A stretch of 64,000 nt of DNA, taken from Methanobacteriota archaeon (GTDB lineage: Archaea > Thermoplasmatota > Poseidoniia > Poseidoniales > Thalassarchaeaceae). The notes below the pieces were generated by a model that was not told the DNA's origin, did no database searches, and saw only the letters and a list, made by a program, of their open reading frames with translations. This document shows positions 10,007-20,273 of this stretch, piece after piece. The stretch covers positions 160,461 through 224,460 of the forward strand of contig JAERST010000024.1 in the NCBI GenBank assembly GCA_016845365.1, given 5' to 3'. The translations under genes and the position numbers were made by a program. Numbering within the stretch: position 1 is the stretch's first letter; every line of letters starts with the position of its first letter.

Positions 10007-10084
10007 TGGTGGGTCCGCCAGGATTTGAACCTGGGTCAAATGGTCCCAAACCATCTAGCATAGGCCAGACTAACCCACGGACCC
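10007..10084 (-). tRNA. tRNA-Pro(TGG), CCA encoded
   Basis: Reverse complement GGGTCCGTGGGTTAGTCTGG...GATGG-TTTGGGA-CCATT...GGTTCAAATCC TGGCGGACCC ACCA folds as a cloverleaf. Confidence 0.95.
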
Positions 10085-10122
10085 TGTGAGTGTGCCGGCC
10101 ACCGACGCCCCCCTTATGGATT

Positions 10123-10560
10123 TCACGCTAGCCACTTCCACTGCTCTTGCCCGGTACGCTGGACTGCACCCTGCACCTCAGCCATACCCATGACCTGCTC
10201 CGCGGTTGGTTCGGTAATGCCTTCGAGGGACAATTTTGACCTTAGGCTCTCGAGGGTCAAGATTCCCTCTGAATCTGTTGCATCTCTGAGGATTCGGTGA
10301 ATGGTATCGACGCCGGCGCGTTCGCGAGAGGCTTGCCGGCGTCGACTCTCTTGGTTCAATTTCTTCTCGACTTGGTCGCGGATTTCTGCAGGTAAATTTG
10401 CTCTTGCTACCGCGTCTGCGAGTTGAGATGAATCGTTGAAGACGGCGCTTGTCGTGATGTTGTCGGCAGCGCCGCAGCGACTGCAAGTTGCTCTATTGCC
10501 GCGGCGAGCGCCGAATGCGTGGCCGCACTTGCACTTGAGCAGCAGCCATTCGGCTTCCAT
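10123..10560 (-). CDS. Hypothetical protein with N-terminal zinc ribbon
   Basis: CKCGH...CSRC, followed by a helical, possibly winged-helix, C-terminus. Confidence 0.65.
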   Translation of the reverse strand: MEAEWLLLKCKCGHAFGARRGNRATCSRCGAADNITTSAVFNDSSQLADAVARANLPAEIRDQVEKKLNQESRRRQASRERAGVDTIHRILRDATDSEGILTLESLRSKLSLEGITEPTAEQVMGMAEVQGAVQRTGQEQWKWLA

Positions 10561-10680
10561 CGGCGGGTGTTTGCGCTCGCGGTTCAAGAGGTTGTCTCAT
10601 CGGCGAAGTGTATCTGCGGTCTCGGACTCAGCGAATCTTTGCATGACCAGCCTAATGCGTGGGGTGGACGTCGGGAGAGT

Positions 10681-10962
10681 ATGGCTCAGCCTCGGGTGAT
10701 ACTCGGTTGGTTGGCCTTTGTGGGTTTGATTGCGATGTCGGTCAAGTGCCTGATTCGTGATGGGGCGCTGACACTTGAGGCGTGGACTTACCTGCTGATG
10801 ACTCCACTTGCTTTGGCTCTGGCACTTACACCAGATTCTGTTTGGTCGCGTGAAAGTGACGACCCGGTCGAGCTCTTCGAAGAGGATGAGGAGAGTGAAG
10901 TAGTTGGTACGAAGGAGGCGCCGGATCCTATCGAGGATGGATTCGATGTGCCGGTCCTCTGA
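10681..10962 (+). CDS. Small 2-TM membrane protein with acidic tail
   Basis: Hydrophobic N-terminal half and acidic C-terminus ending PDPIEDGFDVPVL; fills the intergenic gap. Confidence 0.6.
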   Translation: MAQPRVILGWLAFVGLIAMSVKCLIRDGALTLEAWTYLLMTPLALALALTPDSVWSRESDDPVELFEEDEESEVVGTKEAPDPIEDGFDVPVL

Positions 10963-11013
10963 TTTTTGGCTTCGATCGCCAACTTGCTGAGTCAGCGCTT
11001 GCTGAGTCTGCGC

Positions 11014-12930
11014 TCACTTGAGTCGAAGGGTCTCAAGATTGGCTGGAGCATAGGTTTGGACGCGGAATTCGTCGCGCAGTCCTTGCCTAAACGCATTGCA
11101 GGTTTTTGGATCTCCGTGATGGCAGATGATTTTGCGCGGCGTCGGGTTCAGCGCCTTGACGTAGTCCATCAATTGGCGGCGGTCTGAGTGGCCGCTGAAC
11201 CCGTCGATGGTTACCACATTGCAAGAGACTGGGACCATGTGCGTCTTTCCTTTGTCCATCAAAGGAACCTCGGCGTGACCTTGTTGTAGACGACGACCGA
11301 GGGTTCCCGAGGCTTGGTAACCGACGAAGCACAGAGTGTTGTTAATCTCAGGCGCCCAGTGCTTGAAGTACTCAATAATCGGGCCGCCTGTCATCATTCC
11401 CGAAGTCGCGAGCACGATGCAAGGTGAGGGGTCATAGAGGATTGATTCGCGTTGCTCGCGACTGTCGACTTGGCGGAACCAATTGGAATTGAACGGATTT
11501 TCATCGCCTCCTTTCAGCACCTTTGAGCGCAAGTCACGATTAAGGAAATCAGGATGACTTGCGTGAATCGCTGTTGCTTCGGAAATCATTCCGTCGAGCC
11601 AAACAGTAACCGGTTTGATCTCGCCGGATTTGAATAATTGGTCGATTGCAATCATGACTTCTTGGGAACGGCCCACTGCGAAAACCGGACAGAAGATTTT
11701 GCCACCTTTGGCGAGTGCTAATTTGATTAGATCCTGCAATTCTTGTGTTGCATCCTGTCGGTTTGGTTGGAAATCTTGTGGGCCTCCGTAGGTCGATTCG
11801 ATAACCAATGTCTCGACCTTCGGGAATCGAACGGTCGCCGCATCGAATAGCCACGACCGTTCGTACTTGATATCCCCCGAGAACAGCAGACGGTGTTCGG
11901 AATTGCCCTCGCCAATCTGCATGTAGACACTCGATGAACCGAGGATGTGTCCTGCGTTCTCGAGGGTGATCTTGACGTCCGGAGCGATATCGGTTTTGTC
12001 GCCCCAGCGGAGGTCGACGACGTGTTTGATGCACTCTTGGATATCGGCCTTAGAGTATGGAGGGTCGGCCCCCTCAGCCTGTGAGACCTTGATGTAATCC
12101 ATCTGAAGAAGCGTCATCAAATCTCGCGTCGGAGGCGTGCAGTACACCGGTCCGCGGTAGCCGTAGCGGAATAGAACAGGCAGCATGGCGATGTGGTCGA
12201 CGTGTGCGTGAGTAAGGACGATGGCGTCGAGATTGTCGAGCGGAAGAAGCTCTGGGGCGTTGAAGAAAGGTTGGACTTCGCTGCGGTTCATCGTCGGCTT
12301 AGCACCGCAATCGACGAGGACTCTCGACTCATTGGTCGTCACGAGATGCATGGCTCGCCCAACCTCGCGGTAAGATCCGAGTGCAGTGATGCGCACCCAA
12401 GGCTCTCCTGCGCGCTTAGGTCGGTAGATTCGAGTGCCGAATTTTCGCAATAGGGATTTTCTTTCGTCAGCGAGTTCCTTTCGATAACGGCGAATATCAT
12501 GCTGGGTGCGGCTCTCGAAAGCGGGGGCGCGCTCGACCGAGATGAGCCAACCGATTTCGTCTCTGAGATTCTTGATGTTGATTCCCTTTGGACCGACCGC
12601 AGCAGCTGGATCGTCACACTCGAGCGTGACTTCTGAGAGAGCTGGGTCGAGCCAGATATTGCGAACTTCTGCCTCTGGCGGGATTATCTCTGTGACCTTT
12701 TGGCGAACAGTTGCCTCATCTGAGAGAATATCTGGGTGCGGTCTGACGATGACTCGGCGCTTGACTGTCTTGGCGATTTTCACCGTCAATGATTGGCCAG
12801 CGCCGCCGAATGCCTCGGGTTCTTTGGTGATGATGGCGATGGAACCCGCTTCTAGGTCGACCTCGTATTCGATGTCGCTGGGCACGAGTTTCGATACTCT
12901 CTGCTTCACTTCTGCTAATGTCAATCTCAT
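11014..12930 (-). CDS. fttA: Beta-CASP ribonuclease aCPSF1 / transcription termination factor FttA
   Basis: Two N-terminal KH-like domains, LGSYREVGR, THAHVDH, AGHILGS, ESTYGG, GFSGHSDR; adjacent to psmB, a conserved archaeal linkage. Confidence 0.95.
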   Translation of the reverse strand: MRLTLAEVKQRVSKLVPSDIEYEVDLEAGSIAIITKEPEAFGGAGQSLTVKIAKTVKRRVIVRPHPDILSDEATVRQKVTEIIPPEAEVRNIWLDPALSEVTLECDDPAAAVGPKGINIKNLRDEIGWLISVERAPAFESRTQHDIRRYRKELADERKSLLRKFGTRIYRPKRAGEPWVRITALGSYREVGRAMHLVTTNESRVLVDCGAKPTMNRSEVQPFFNAPELLPLDNLDAIVLTHAHVDHIAMLPVLFRYGYRGPVYCTPPTRDLMTLLQMDYIKVSQAEGADPPYSKADIQECIKHVVDLRWGDKTDIAPDVKITLENAGHILGSSSVYMQIGEGNSEHRLLFSGDIKYERSWLFDAATVRFPKVETLVIESTYGGPQDFQPNRQDATQELQDLIKLALAKGGKIFCPVFAVGRSQEVMIAIDQLFKSGEIKPVTVWLDGMISEATAIHASHPDFLNRDLRSKVLKGGDENPFNSNWFRQVDSREQRESILYDPSPCIVLATSGMMTGGPIIEYFKHWAPEINNTLCFVGYQASGTLGRRLQQGHAEVPLMDKGKTHMVPVSCNVVTIDGFSGHSDRRQLMDYVKALNPTPRKIICHHGDPKTCNAFRQGLRDEFRVQTYAPANLETLRLK

Positions 12931-13014
12931 TCAGAACACCTCGTGTGAGGAACTCCACCCTCGACCTTGATTCCCCAAGAATGGGGAGGTTCGGCACGAT
13001 GCCGTGGAGTGTAA

Positions 13015-13656
13015 TCACATGTTCGAGAGCAGGTCGGCGACCGCGCTCTCTGACAATTGCTGGAAGCCCTTCTCTTTGGTTATAACGGCTAAATCCATTC
13101 CATTTCCGCTGGCTGCATCACGCTGCGCGGAGGCCAAGAGGGCCTTTGCGGCAACCTTGAGAGCTTGCTTTTCGTTCATGCCCTCTTGGTATTGGTCTTC
13201 GAGAACACCGTACATGAATGGGCTTCCAGAACCGGTGGCGCAGTAAACGTCTGGAATCGAGCCACCGGCGGAATCGATGGAGTAGACACTTGGGCCATCC
13301 TCATCGGTTCCGACAATCAAGAGTTGAACATAATGTGGGCGACCGACGAGAATATTCGCCGTCAAGGTCGCAGCGCCGCGGACAGTCATTGGCTGCTTGC
13401 GTTTCAATTCGTAAAGTCGCAATTCCGCGGCGAGGGTGCGAGAGAGTGATTGAGCGTGGCCTACGAGGCCAGCGGTTGTCAGAGCGACATTGTCCGAAAT
13501 TCGGAATAATTTCTGGACGCTCTTGTTGGCGATGAAGTGTCCCATCGTCGCTCTGTGGTCAGCACCGACGACAACTCCACCATCGAAGGTGATGCCTACG
13601 GTGCTTGTTCCGGTCTTGACGGCGTCGCTGACTGCATCCATCTGAATCACCTGCAC
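13015..13656 (-). CDS. psmB: Proteasome subunit beta
   Basis: Short propeptide ending KTG|TSTVG, GADHRAT, ATGSGS, RDAASG. Confidence 0.95.
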   Translation of the reverse strand: MQVIQMDAVSDAVKTGTSTVGITFDGGVVVGADHRATMGHFIANKSVQKLFRISDNVALTTAGLVGHAQSLSRTLAAELRLYELKRKQPMTVRGAATLTANILVGRPHYVQLLIVGTDEDGPSVYSIDSAGGSIPDVYCATGSGSPFMYGVLEDQYQEGMNEKQALKVAAKALLASAQRDAASGNGMDLAVITKEKGFQQLSESAVADLLSNM

Positions 13657-13821
13657 GGAGAGTTCCCTGCGGAGACGACTCTAATCCGGCCCCTTATCAA
13701 TCCGACGGGGTGCTACCGAGCGATTGTCGCAGATGTGGAGTGGAGTCAAGGGTCACGAATGCTTCAATCAGTTGTGATTCTTACCGTATTGCTCAAAGAG
13801 CCCGCGACTCCGGATGCGTTC

Positions 13822-14229
13822 ATGGCGAAGGAGTCGCGACCCGAGCCGCGTTGGATTGAGATGCCGAGCCTGCCTGCGCAGGCATCTCGACCAGCAATCG
13901 ACCCAGGCCAAGATTACCACGATCTAGGTGAGCTGTACGCAGATGCTCCGGTGGCTCGAGGCACGGGTGATGTGATTGTTCACCGTGCGGTTTTGGACGA
14001 TATTACGGGCATTCCGAAAATTCTCGATTGGTTATCCGACGGCGATATCGTAATTCTCGAGATGAGCCGTCTGTTAGCAGCCGAAACTGAGTTGAGGGTG
14101 GCAGTTGACAATATCCAATCATTTGTCGAGAAAGATTTGGTCGGTGAAGTAATCCGCCTCGGCCAATCTCGATTGTTACTACTTCCGCGAACGTTCGAAA
14201 TCTCGGAAGGAGATGTATTCGCTTACTGA
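13822..14229 (+). CDS. sepF: Cell division protein SepF (archaeal type)
   Basis: DGDIVILEM...VGEVIRLGQSRLLLLP resembles the archaeal SepF core. Start moved to ATG 13822. Confidence 0.7.
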   Translation: MAKESRPEPRWIEMPSLPAQASRPAIDPGQDYHDLGELYADAPVARGTGDVIVHRAVLDDITGIPKILDWLSDGDIVILEMSRLLAAETELRVAVDNIQSFVEKDLVGEVIRLGQSRLLLLPRTFEISEGDVFAY

Positions 14230-14238
14230 GGTGAACAC

Positions 14239-14844
14239 TTGGAAAGCACTGTTGAACAGCCATGTCCGATTTGTCGGTCTGAAGCAGGGCTGACGCTAAT
14301 CGTCCACACCTCAGAAATCGCCTATTTCGGAGAACACACTGAGATGACTTTGGTTTGCGAGTCCTGCGGCTGGCGCCACACCGATTTCATTCCAGCCGAA
14401 GGGCGAAAACCGAGTGTTTGGTCGCTAATCATCGATTCGAGCGAACACCTCTCAACACGTGTAGTTCGCTCGTCTTCGTGCACCGTTCGAATCGTCGAAT
14501 TGGGATTAGAAGTCGAACCTGGAGACAATGCGACAGGTTACATCTCCAACGTAGAAGGAGTCCTCAATCGCTTCGAAGATGCGATTGGAATTATCTTGCG
14601 CTCCGCATTGAGCGAAGGCGAAGAAGGAGCGCCACAAGCAGAAGCCTGTCAAGACCTCATTTCGCAAATTGCCCGAGTTCGTTCCGGCGAAGAATCGGTC
14701 GAACTCGTCCTACTCGACCCGATGGGGCACTCCCAGATTCTTCACGAGGACGCGACCTCTGAAGAATTGAGCCCAGAAGAGGTCGAAGCTCTCGCGACCG
14801 GGCCGCAAATACCCGTTTTTGACTCGCAAGACCTGAGCGAATAA
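14239..14844 (+). CDS. ZPR1-type zinc finger protein
   Basis: CPIC...YFGE...CESCGWR, RVVRSSS, EVEPG, SNVEGVL, DPMGHS. Confidence 0.92.
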   Translation: MESTVEQPCPICRSEAGLTLIVHTSEIAYFGEHTEMTLVCESCGWRHTDFIPAEGRKPSVWSLIIDSSEHLSTRVVRSSSCTVRIVELGLEVEPGDNATGYISNVEGVLNRFEDAIGIILRSALSEGEEGAPQAEACQDLISQIARVRSGEESVELVLLDPMGHSQILHEDATSEELSPEEVEALATGPQIPVFDSQDLSE

Positions 14845-16227
14845 TCACAGCGCATCGGGAGCGAGGAACTCATCCAAGCGCCCTTCCCACATATCGCGCT
14901 TTTCGGCCAAATCGGTTAGCCACTCGCCTGCGCGGTCAATGCAAATCTGCTTTATTTCACCAGCCAGCAGGCGTCCTGATTCGTATTCGCGCGCGATGCG
15001 AGCCAATTCATTATCATCCGATTCAAAGAAGAATTGTAGGTATTGGAAAGCGACGTCCTTGGAACAATCTCCACCGAGGCGGCGGTGCTCCTCTACGGTT
15101 GGTTGACCGCCGCTGAAAGCACGCTTGACCTTCTTCGACATCACTTCGATTGAATCATCCATGAAAATCGTCGTTTCGGGCTTGGAGGATGACATTTTGT
15201 CGCCGGTCATTCCGACTGCGAAGCGGTGGTAGGTTGAGCACGGCGGCATCAGACCCATTCCACCCATTTCGCGCTCAAGGCCTAGAACGCACATCCTAAC
15301 CTGCGCAAGGTCACCCTGATTCGCCCCCGGGATGTCCAAGGTTCCGTGCTTGGGGTTTGCTACGAAGTCAGCGTATCCGAGTGGGGCGAGGCTGGCTTTG
15401 AGTCGCTGGAAGATAGCCTCGCGGGTGGCCCTGTCAACTCGACCGTTAGCGGCCACCCCGAAGGCCTCAGCGTTGTGCTCTTGGACGGATAGGGCAACGG
15501 TGAGGCCACCGTTTTTCCGTGGTTTCACGTTGAACCAGTGAGTTTTGCCAGCGATTCCCCGAGTTAGGCGAAGGTGAGGGTCTTGGTCAACTCCGACGGG
15601 GACGATGATCGGACGGAGTCCGCCATATTCGTCGAGTTGCGGGTGAATGATATCGCCCGCTTGAACCAGCGGGGCTTGAACGTGGGCGAGGTTTGTATCT
15701 CCTTTGAAGCCGTAAATCGCCTCAAATTCTGAGAGATTTGTGCGCCGTCCAAGGGTGAAAGCGAGGCGTTGGACGGCGGGGCGTCCGCTTTGGAAGTAGA
15801 CGTTTGTGGATTCTGGGTTTAGGCCCAAAGCGGCGTAATTGTGGACGTATTCTTTGATTGCATTCTCGCGGCCCTCGGCAAGGCTCGTGCCGCGAGTTGC
15901 TAATGCCTCGAGGTCAGCGACCGTGACGGTGATGTCACCGCCCTGCTCTTGGAACCAGCGAACTTGGTCGATGACCATCGAGTGGCCGAGGTGCATTCGC
16001 CCGCTCGGCATCAGGCCAGTTAGCACACCAAATGGGTCAGAGCGGGCCATGCATCCGAGGACGACATCGAGGTCACGATGGGCGAAGACGATGCCTCTTC
16101 GGTGCAGCATTCCGGGGTTAGGGAGCTTGGAGACATCGACGCCTTCGAGGCCGAATTGGTCGCGGATGCGAGCATAGTCGGTCGACTGCTCCGAAGACCA
16201 AGGGTCGATGCGTGCGGCGTCGTCCAC
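14845..16227 (-). CDS. trpS: Tryptophan--tRNA ligase
   Basis: TGLMPSGRMHLGH (HIGH), VPVGVDQDPH, KMSSS, AFSGG. Confidence 0.95.
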   Translation of the reverse strand: MDDAARIDPWSSEQSTDYARIRDQFGLEGVDVSKLPNPGMLHRRGIVFAHRDLDVVLGCMARSDPFGVLTGLMPSGRMHLGHSMVIDQVRWFQEQGGDITVTVADLEALATRGTSLAEGRENAIKEYVHNYAALGLNPESTNVYFQSGRPAVQRLAFTLGRRTNLSEFEAIYGFKGDTNLAHVQAPLVQAGDIIHPQLDEYGGLRPIIVPVGVDQDPHLRLTRGIAGKTHWFNVKPRKNGGLTVALSVQEHNAEAFGVAANGRVDRATREAIFQRLKASLAPLGYADFVANPKHGTLDIPGANQGDLAQVRMCVLGLEREMGGMGLMPPCSTYHRFAVGMTGDKMSSSKPETTIFMDDSIEVMSKKVKRAFSGGQPTVEEHRRLGGDCSKDVAFQYLQFFFESDDNELARIAREYESGRLLAGEIKQICIDRAGEWLTDLAEKRDMWEGRLDEFLAPDAL

Positions 16228-16357
16228 GCTTCGACGCGAGTCCTCTCCTCAATCAACTAATCGCCGCGGATAGGCGACAATTTCAGAAAACTGCAGTCGG
16301 ATTGTTAGATGCGGAAGCCTGCAACCAATCAAGAACTCCAGAGCACCTGCCTCGGTC

Positions 16358-17413
16358 ATGGCAACAATCCATTGTCTGGGAACTGGATTGGTTGGGGCCT
16401 TTGTGGTTAAGCGGCTGGCTGCGGCAGGTCACGAGGTTCACGCCTACGATATTCACCCTCATGCAGTGCTAGGCGTCGAGGGTGTGACGGTTCACGCCAG
16501 AGATATCCTCGATGATTTGCAGTCATTGCACACAAATGGCCCAATCGACATGGTCGTCAATATGCTACCCGGGTCAATCGGCCATGTCGCGACGACCGAA
16601 TTAGCTGAGTCGAGTTATCGAGTCGTCGACCTAAGTTTTAGCGCCAAGACACCTGATAGAGACGATGGTAAAGCCAAGGATCACGGTGCACGAATCCTTT
16701 GGGATGTTGGCATCGCTCCCGGTCTCTCAAACATGCTCTTATCCGTCGCGCATAACAGAATTGGCCCACTCGCCAAGGCAGAAGTCTGGGTCGGAGGAAA
16801 TCCTACAGGTCCAGTTGGCGAGTGGAAATACATGGCTCCATTCTCCCCAATTGACGTGATAGCAGAGTACACACGCCCAGCCAGAGTTATTCGAGATGGT
16901 GAGCAAGTAAGCCTGCCCGCATTGTCACAAAGGCACGCGGTCGATACCGGAGAACACGGCGAGATGGAGGCATTCCTAACCGATGGACTACGCTCCGTTC
17001 TCAACTCCATTCCCGCCGTTGAAATGTCTGAATTCACAGTTCGTTGGCCAGGCCATATCCAGAAATTCATCGATACGCGCGAGGCTGGTAAGATCAACGA
17101 AAATGAATTGCTTCACGCATGGCAATACAATGACAAGATTCCCGAATTCACTTGGATGAAAGTGCGCGCCGAGAGTCACGATGGCGAGGTTCTGGAGTGG
17201 GAGGTAGAGGACCACGGTGGCGATGATGGTCACTCGATGGCACGTAGCACTGGAATGGTTACGGCACTCTGTGTCGAGGCTTGGTTGGCCGACCCCGAGA
17301 TGCTTCCACCTGGAGTTCACGCGCCTGAGGCGCTGAGCGAGAATGTGGTAGCGGGGATTGTTGAGACTATGCGCTCAGAGCGAGTCCGAATCGACGGCCC
17401 CGCCATCCTCTGA
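16358..17413 (+). CDS. Saccharopine dehydrogenase / lysine 6-dehydrogenase family
   Basis: GTGLVG, DVGIAPGLSN, EAFLTDGLRS, TVRWPGH, SMARSTG. Confidence 0.85.
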   Translation: MATIHCLGTGLVGAFVVKRLAAAGHEVHAYDIHPHAVLGVEGVTVHARDILDDLQSLHTNGPIDMVVNMLPGSIGHVATTELAESSYRVVDLSFSAKTPDRDDGKAKDHGARILWDVGIAPGLSNMLLSVAHNRIGPLAKAEVWVGGNPTGPVGEWKYMAPFSPIDVIAEYTRPARVIRDGEQVSLPALSQRHAVDTGEHGEMEAFLTDGLRSVLNSIPAVEMSEFTVRWPGHIQKFIDTREAGKINENELLHAWQYNDKIPEFTWMKVRAESHDGEVLEWEVEDHGGDDGHSMARSTGMVTALCVEAWLADPEMLPPGVHAPEALSENVVAGIVETMRSERVRIDGPAIL

Positions 17414-18535
17414 AGATTTGACTTGAGCATCTTGGTCCCGTGCGACCAACCACTTGATCGATACCGGTGTGGCGATTAGAACAATCACCGCGATAACGGG
17501 CAGTCGCCAATCCATCTCGAGCGTCGCTGGACGCTCAACCAGCCAAGTGAAGCGAAGAGGAGATTCGTGAAAATCTGATGACCATTCATGCAGATTGGTC
17601 ACATGATGGCCGACCACAGCGACCGAATGATGTAATCCGTTGAAAGTCGATTGAGGCGTCAATTCGACGGAGACATCCGCTCGCTCGAAAACCAGGTCGA
17701 TGATTGCACTCGGCGCCGCAGTGATGTACGCGCCACCCTCAACAGGCCGTATTCCCACCTCGAGATGGCGCTGATCCGCGTCGATTAGAAGGGCCGATTC
17801 ACCATCGATGAACACATCCGAAGGCGCTTCTCCCCACTCAAAAAACGCAGTACCAGGGACTTGCCATCCACTTTGGCCGAGATTCGATATCTGCCAAGAT
17901 TGAACCGTCGGTTCGGAATTCAGAATGCGTAGGAATGATTCCGAAGAATCTCGATGCCCATGCCATTCACCCCATGTGGTGAACCAGACGTCTTGGGATT
18001 CGAGTAGAGCGATTGCAGACTTGTCTTCGCGGATTTTGACATCGTGCCAGCGCGCGACCCAATAGAGGCTCAGTATGCTGTCTTCCTCGGCATTCTCGAG
18101 CAAGTCCAAATCGGCCTGACCCTTCTCAAGACTCGTCGACCGTCGCACCACGTCGAATAGTGCGTCTTCTTCGCTCGGGCCCTCGTCGAGCATATCACCG
18201 ATTATCGAGAAGCCAGCAGCGTCGAGCGCATCGCTGGTATTCGCAGCCAAGGCACCCGCAGGCAAGCCGAATGAGACGGGTGCCTCACCCCAGCGCGAAG
18301 CCTCGGTGAAATCCATCAAGTAATCACGGCAGGCTTCGATAACCCACGGCTCCTCACCAACATCAACCCCTTCGTAGCCGTGGCAACCAAATTCATCGCC
18401 CAGCGCCAAGCGCTCCGGGCCGATGATATTCCACAACCAATTATCATCATCCCATTCTGCGAGCGCAGGGCTCGCGGTCGCCGGCACCAGGAGGAGGGCG
18501 ACCAGGGTGAGTGAGATGACCCTGCGGGTGTGCAC
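17375..18535 (-). CDS. Exported protein with C-terminal membrane anchor, function unknown
   Basis: Signal peptide, acidic globular region, C-terminal TM (LPVIAVIVLIATPV). Confidence 0.7.
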   Translation of the reverse strand: MHTRRVISLTLVALLLVPATASPALAEWDDDNWLWNIIGPERLALGDEFGCHGYEGVDVGEEPWVIEACRDYLMDFTEASRWGEAPVSFGLPAGALAANTSDALDAAGFSIIGDMLDEGPSEEDALFDVVRRSTSLEKGQADLDLLENAEEDSILSLYWVARWHDVKIREDKSAIALLESQDVWFTTWGEWHGHRDSSESFLRILNSEPTVQSWQISNLGQSGWQVPGTAFFEWGEAPSDVFIDGESALLIDADQRHLEVGIRPVEGGAYITAAPSAIIDLVFERADVSVELTPQSTFNGLHHSVAVVGHHVTNLHEWSSDFHESPLRFTWLVERPATLEMDWRLPVIAVIVLIATPVSIKWLVARDQDAQVKSSEDGGAVDSDSL

Positions 18536-18635
18536 AAATGAGGGGCGGAGTCAGCATTTGAAGAAATCATCGTAGTGGTACGAAGAAATTATCGAGTGGA
18601 GCAAAGCAATAACTCCGGCCGCTATCGCGAGGTCG

Positions 18636-19412
18636 ATGGCCGTTCTCTCCTCCGAATCGCTATCGAGTATTTCCGACATGGTTGGGCTTGAAGGGACGGG
18701 GGACAATTACACAACTCCAATCTTCTATTCGATGCTGATGAAAGTTGTACCGCCGGTAGTTCGCTCATTCACAAATGTGCGTTACGAGGGGCTTGAGCGA
18801 ATACCGGGGCAAGGGCCTGCGATTCTTGCTGGAAATCACACTTCTCACATAGACCCGGTTGTGAAAATCATGGGTGCTCGCAGACCTGTTCAGTATTTGG
18901 CGAAAGCAGAACATTTTGAGGATAAGAAATTCCAGAAATTGATGACTTCCACCGGTCAAATCGAGACTGTTCGAGAGACCGGTGGTGCAGATGCGCTGGC
19001 CAAGGCAGTCGATGTCTTGGCCGGCGGAGGAGTGATGGGGATTTTTCCCGAGGGGACTCGGTCACGCAGGACCGAGGCTCCGTTTTTGTCGCGCGGCAAG
19101 ACGGGTGTCGCTCGTTTGGCCGCGCGTTTTCCTGAGATTCCTGTTGTGCCGATGGCGATTATTGGCGCGAGAGGTTTCCTCGCGCCAGGTTCCGCCATCG
19201 TCAATCCATTCGCTCGCGTCGATGTTCGTGTCGATGAGCCGATTAGCTTCGGCGAATGGTTGGCAGACCCACAAGGTGCGGGATTGACCGACGAGGATAT
19301 TGAGAATTTTACCAAACTTGACCAGCATGGTCAGCGCTCGATCATGAAATCTCTCTATCGAGATTTTACCGATCAATTGATTGAGAATTTACGAGCGCTG
19401 GGCGCACCTTGA
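18636..19412 (+). CDS. plsC: PlsC-family lysophospholipid / 1-acyl-glycerol-3-phosphate acyltransferase
   Basis: NHTSHID (HX4D), YLAKAE, IFPEGTRS, GKTGVARLA, PVVPMAI. Confidence 0.88.
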   Translation: MAVLSSESLSSISDMVGLEGTGDNYTTPIFYSMLMKVVPPVVRSFTNVRYEGLERIPGQGPAILAGNHTSHIDPVVKIMGARRPVQYLAKAEHFEDKKFQKLMTSTGQIETVRETGGADALAKAVDVLAGGGVMGIFPEGTRSRRTEAPFLSRGKTGVARLAARFPEIPVVPMAIIGARGFLAPGSAIVNPFARVDVRVDEPISFGEWLADPQGAGLTDEDIENFTKLDQHGQRSIMKSLYRDFTDQLIENLRALGAP

Positions 19413-19459
19413 CTGAGTAAACGAGAGCATTGTTCAAAGACTGCCTCATCTGAGCCTTA

Positions 19460-20263
19460 TTGGTAGAAATGGAACAATACCTCTCCTTCCTGAAACGCAT
19501 CCTTGACGAGGGTGCGACCAAGTCGGACCGGACTGGGACTGGGACGATTTCCGTCTTCGGCCATCAGATGCGATTCGACCTGTCCGAAACCTTCCCGGCC
19601 GTGACTACCAAGCGCTTACACTGGCCGAGCATAATCCACGAATTGCTCTGGTTCCTTTCAGGCGATACAAACGTGGCTTATTTGCAGGAGAATAAGGTTC
19701 GGATTTGGAATGAGTGGGCTGACGAAGAAGGCAACCTCGGCCCTGTTTACGGAAAGCAGTGGAGGAAGTGGGAGACTCCAGATGGACGCGTTGTCGACCA
19801 AATTCAGAACGCGATTGAGATGATCAAGACTAATCCAAGTTCTCGACGAATCATCGTCTCGGCGTGGAATGTTGGGGAACTCGACGAGATGGCTTTGATG
19901 CCTTGTCACGCCTTCTTCCAATTCTACGTCAACGACGGTCGCTTGTCTTGCCAACTCTATCAGCGCAGTGCCGATGCCTTCCTCGGCGTGCCGTTCAACA
20001 TCTCATCTTACAGTCTCTTGACATGTATGATGGCGCAAGTCTGCGGGCTTGAGCCGGGCGAATTTGTTTGGACTGGAGGCGATTGCCACCTGTATCTGAA
20101 TCACCTTGAGCAGGCGAAGGAGCAGATTGCGCGCGAGCCGCTGGAGCTTCCGCGACTGCGGCTCGACCCAAATGTGATGGATATCGATGAGTTCACAGCA
20201 GAACACATCACAATCGAGGGCTACGAGCATCATCCGCATATCGCCGCGCCGATTTCTGTTTGA
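19460..20263 (+). CDS. thyA: Thymidylate synthase (bacterial ThyA type)
   Basis: [43 protein letters not shown]. Confidence 0.97.
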   Translation: MVEMEQYLSFLKRILDEGATKSDRTGTGTISVFGHQMRFDLSETFPAVTTKRLHWPSIIHELLWFLSGDTNVAYLQENKVRIWNEWADEEGNLGPVYGKQWRKWETPDGRVVDQIQNAIEMIKTNPSSRRIIVSAWNVGELDEMALMPCHAFFQFYVNDGRLSCQLYQRSADAFLGVPFNISSYSLLTCMMAQVCGLEPGEFVWTGGDCHLYLNHLEQAKEQIAREPLELPRLRLDPNVMDIDEFTAEHITIEGYEHHPHIAAPISV

Positions 20264-20273
20264 GGTGTGATGC

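Noticed and set aside
11014..13656. psmB-aCPSF1 adjacency as a novel proteolysis/RNA decay link
   Set aside because: This is a well-known conserved archaeal gene neighbourhood.
15250..15545. ~100-aa insertion in TrpRS before the KMSSS region
   Set aside because: Similar insertions occur in other euryarchaeal TrpRS enzymes, and I could not argue novelty from the sequence alone.
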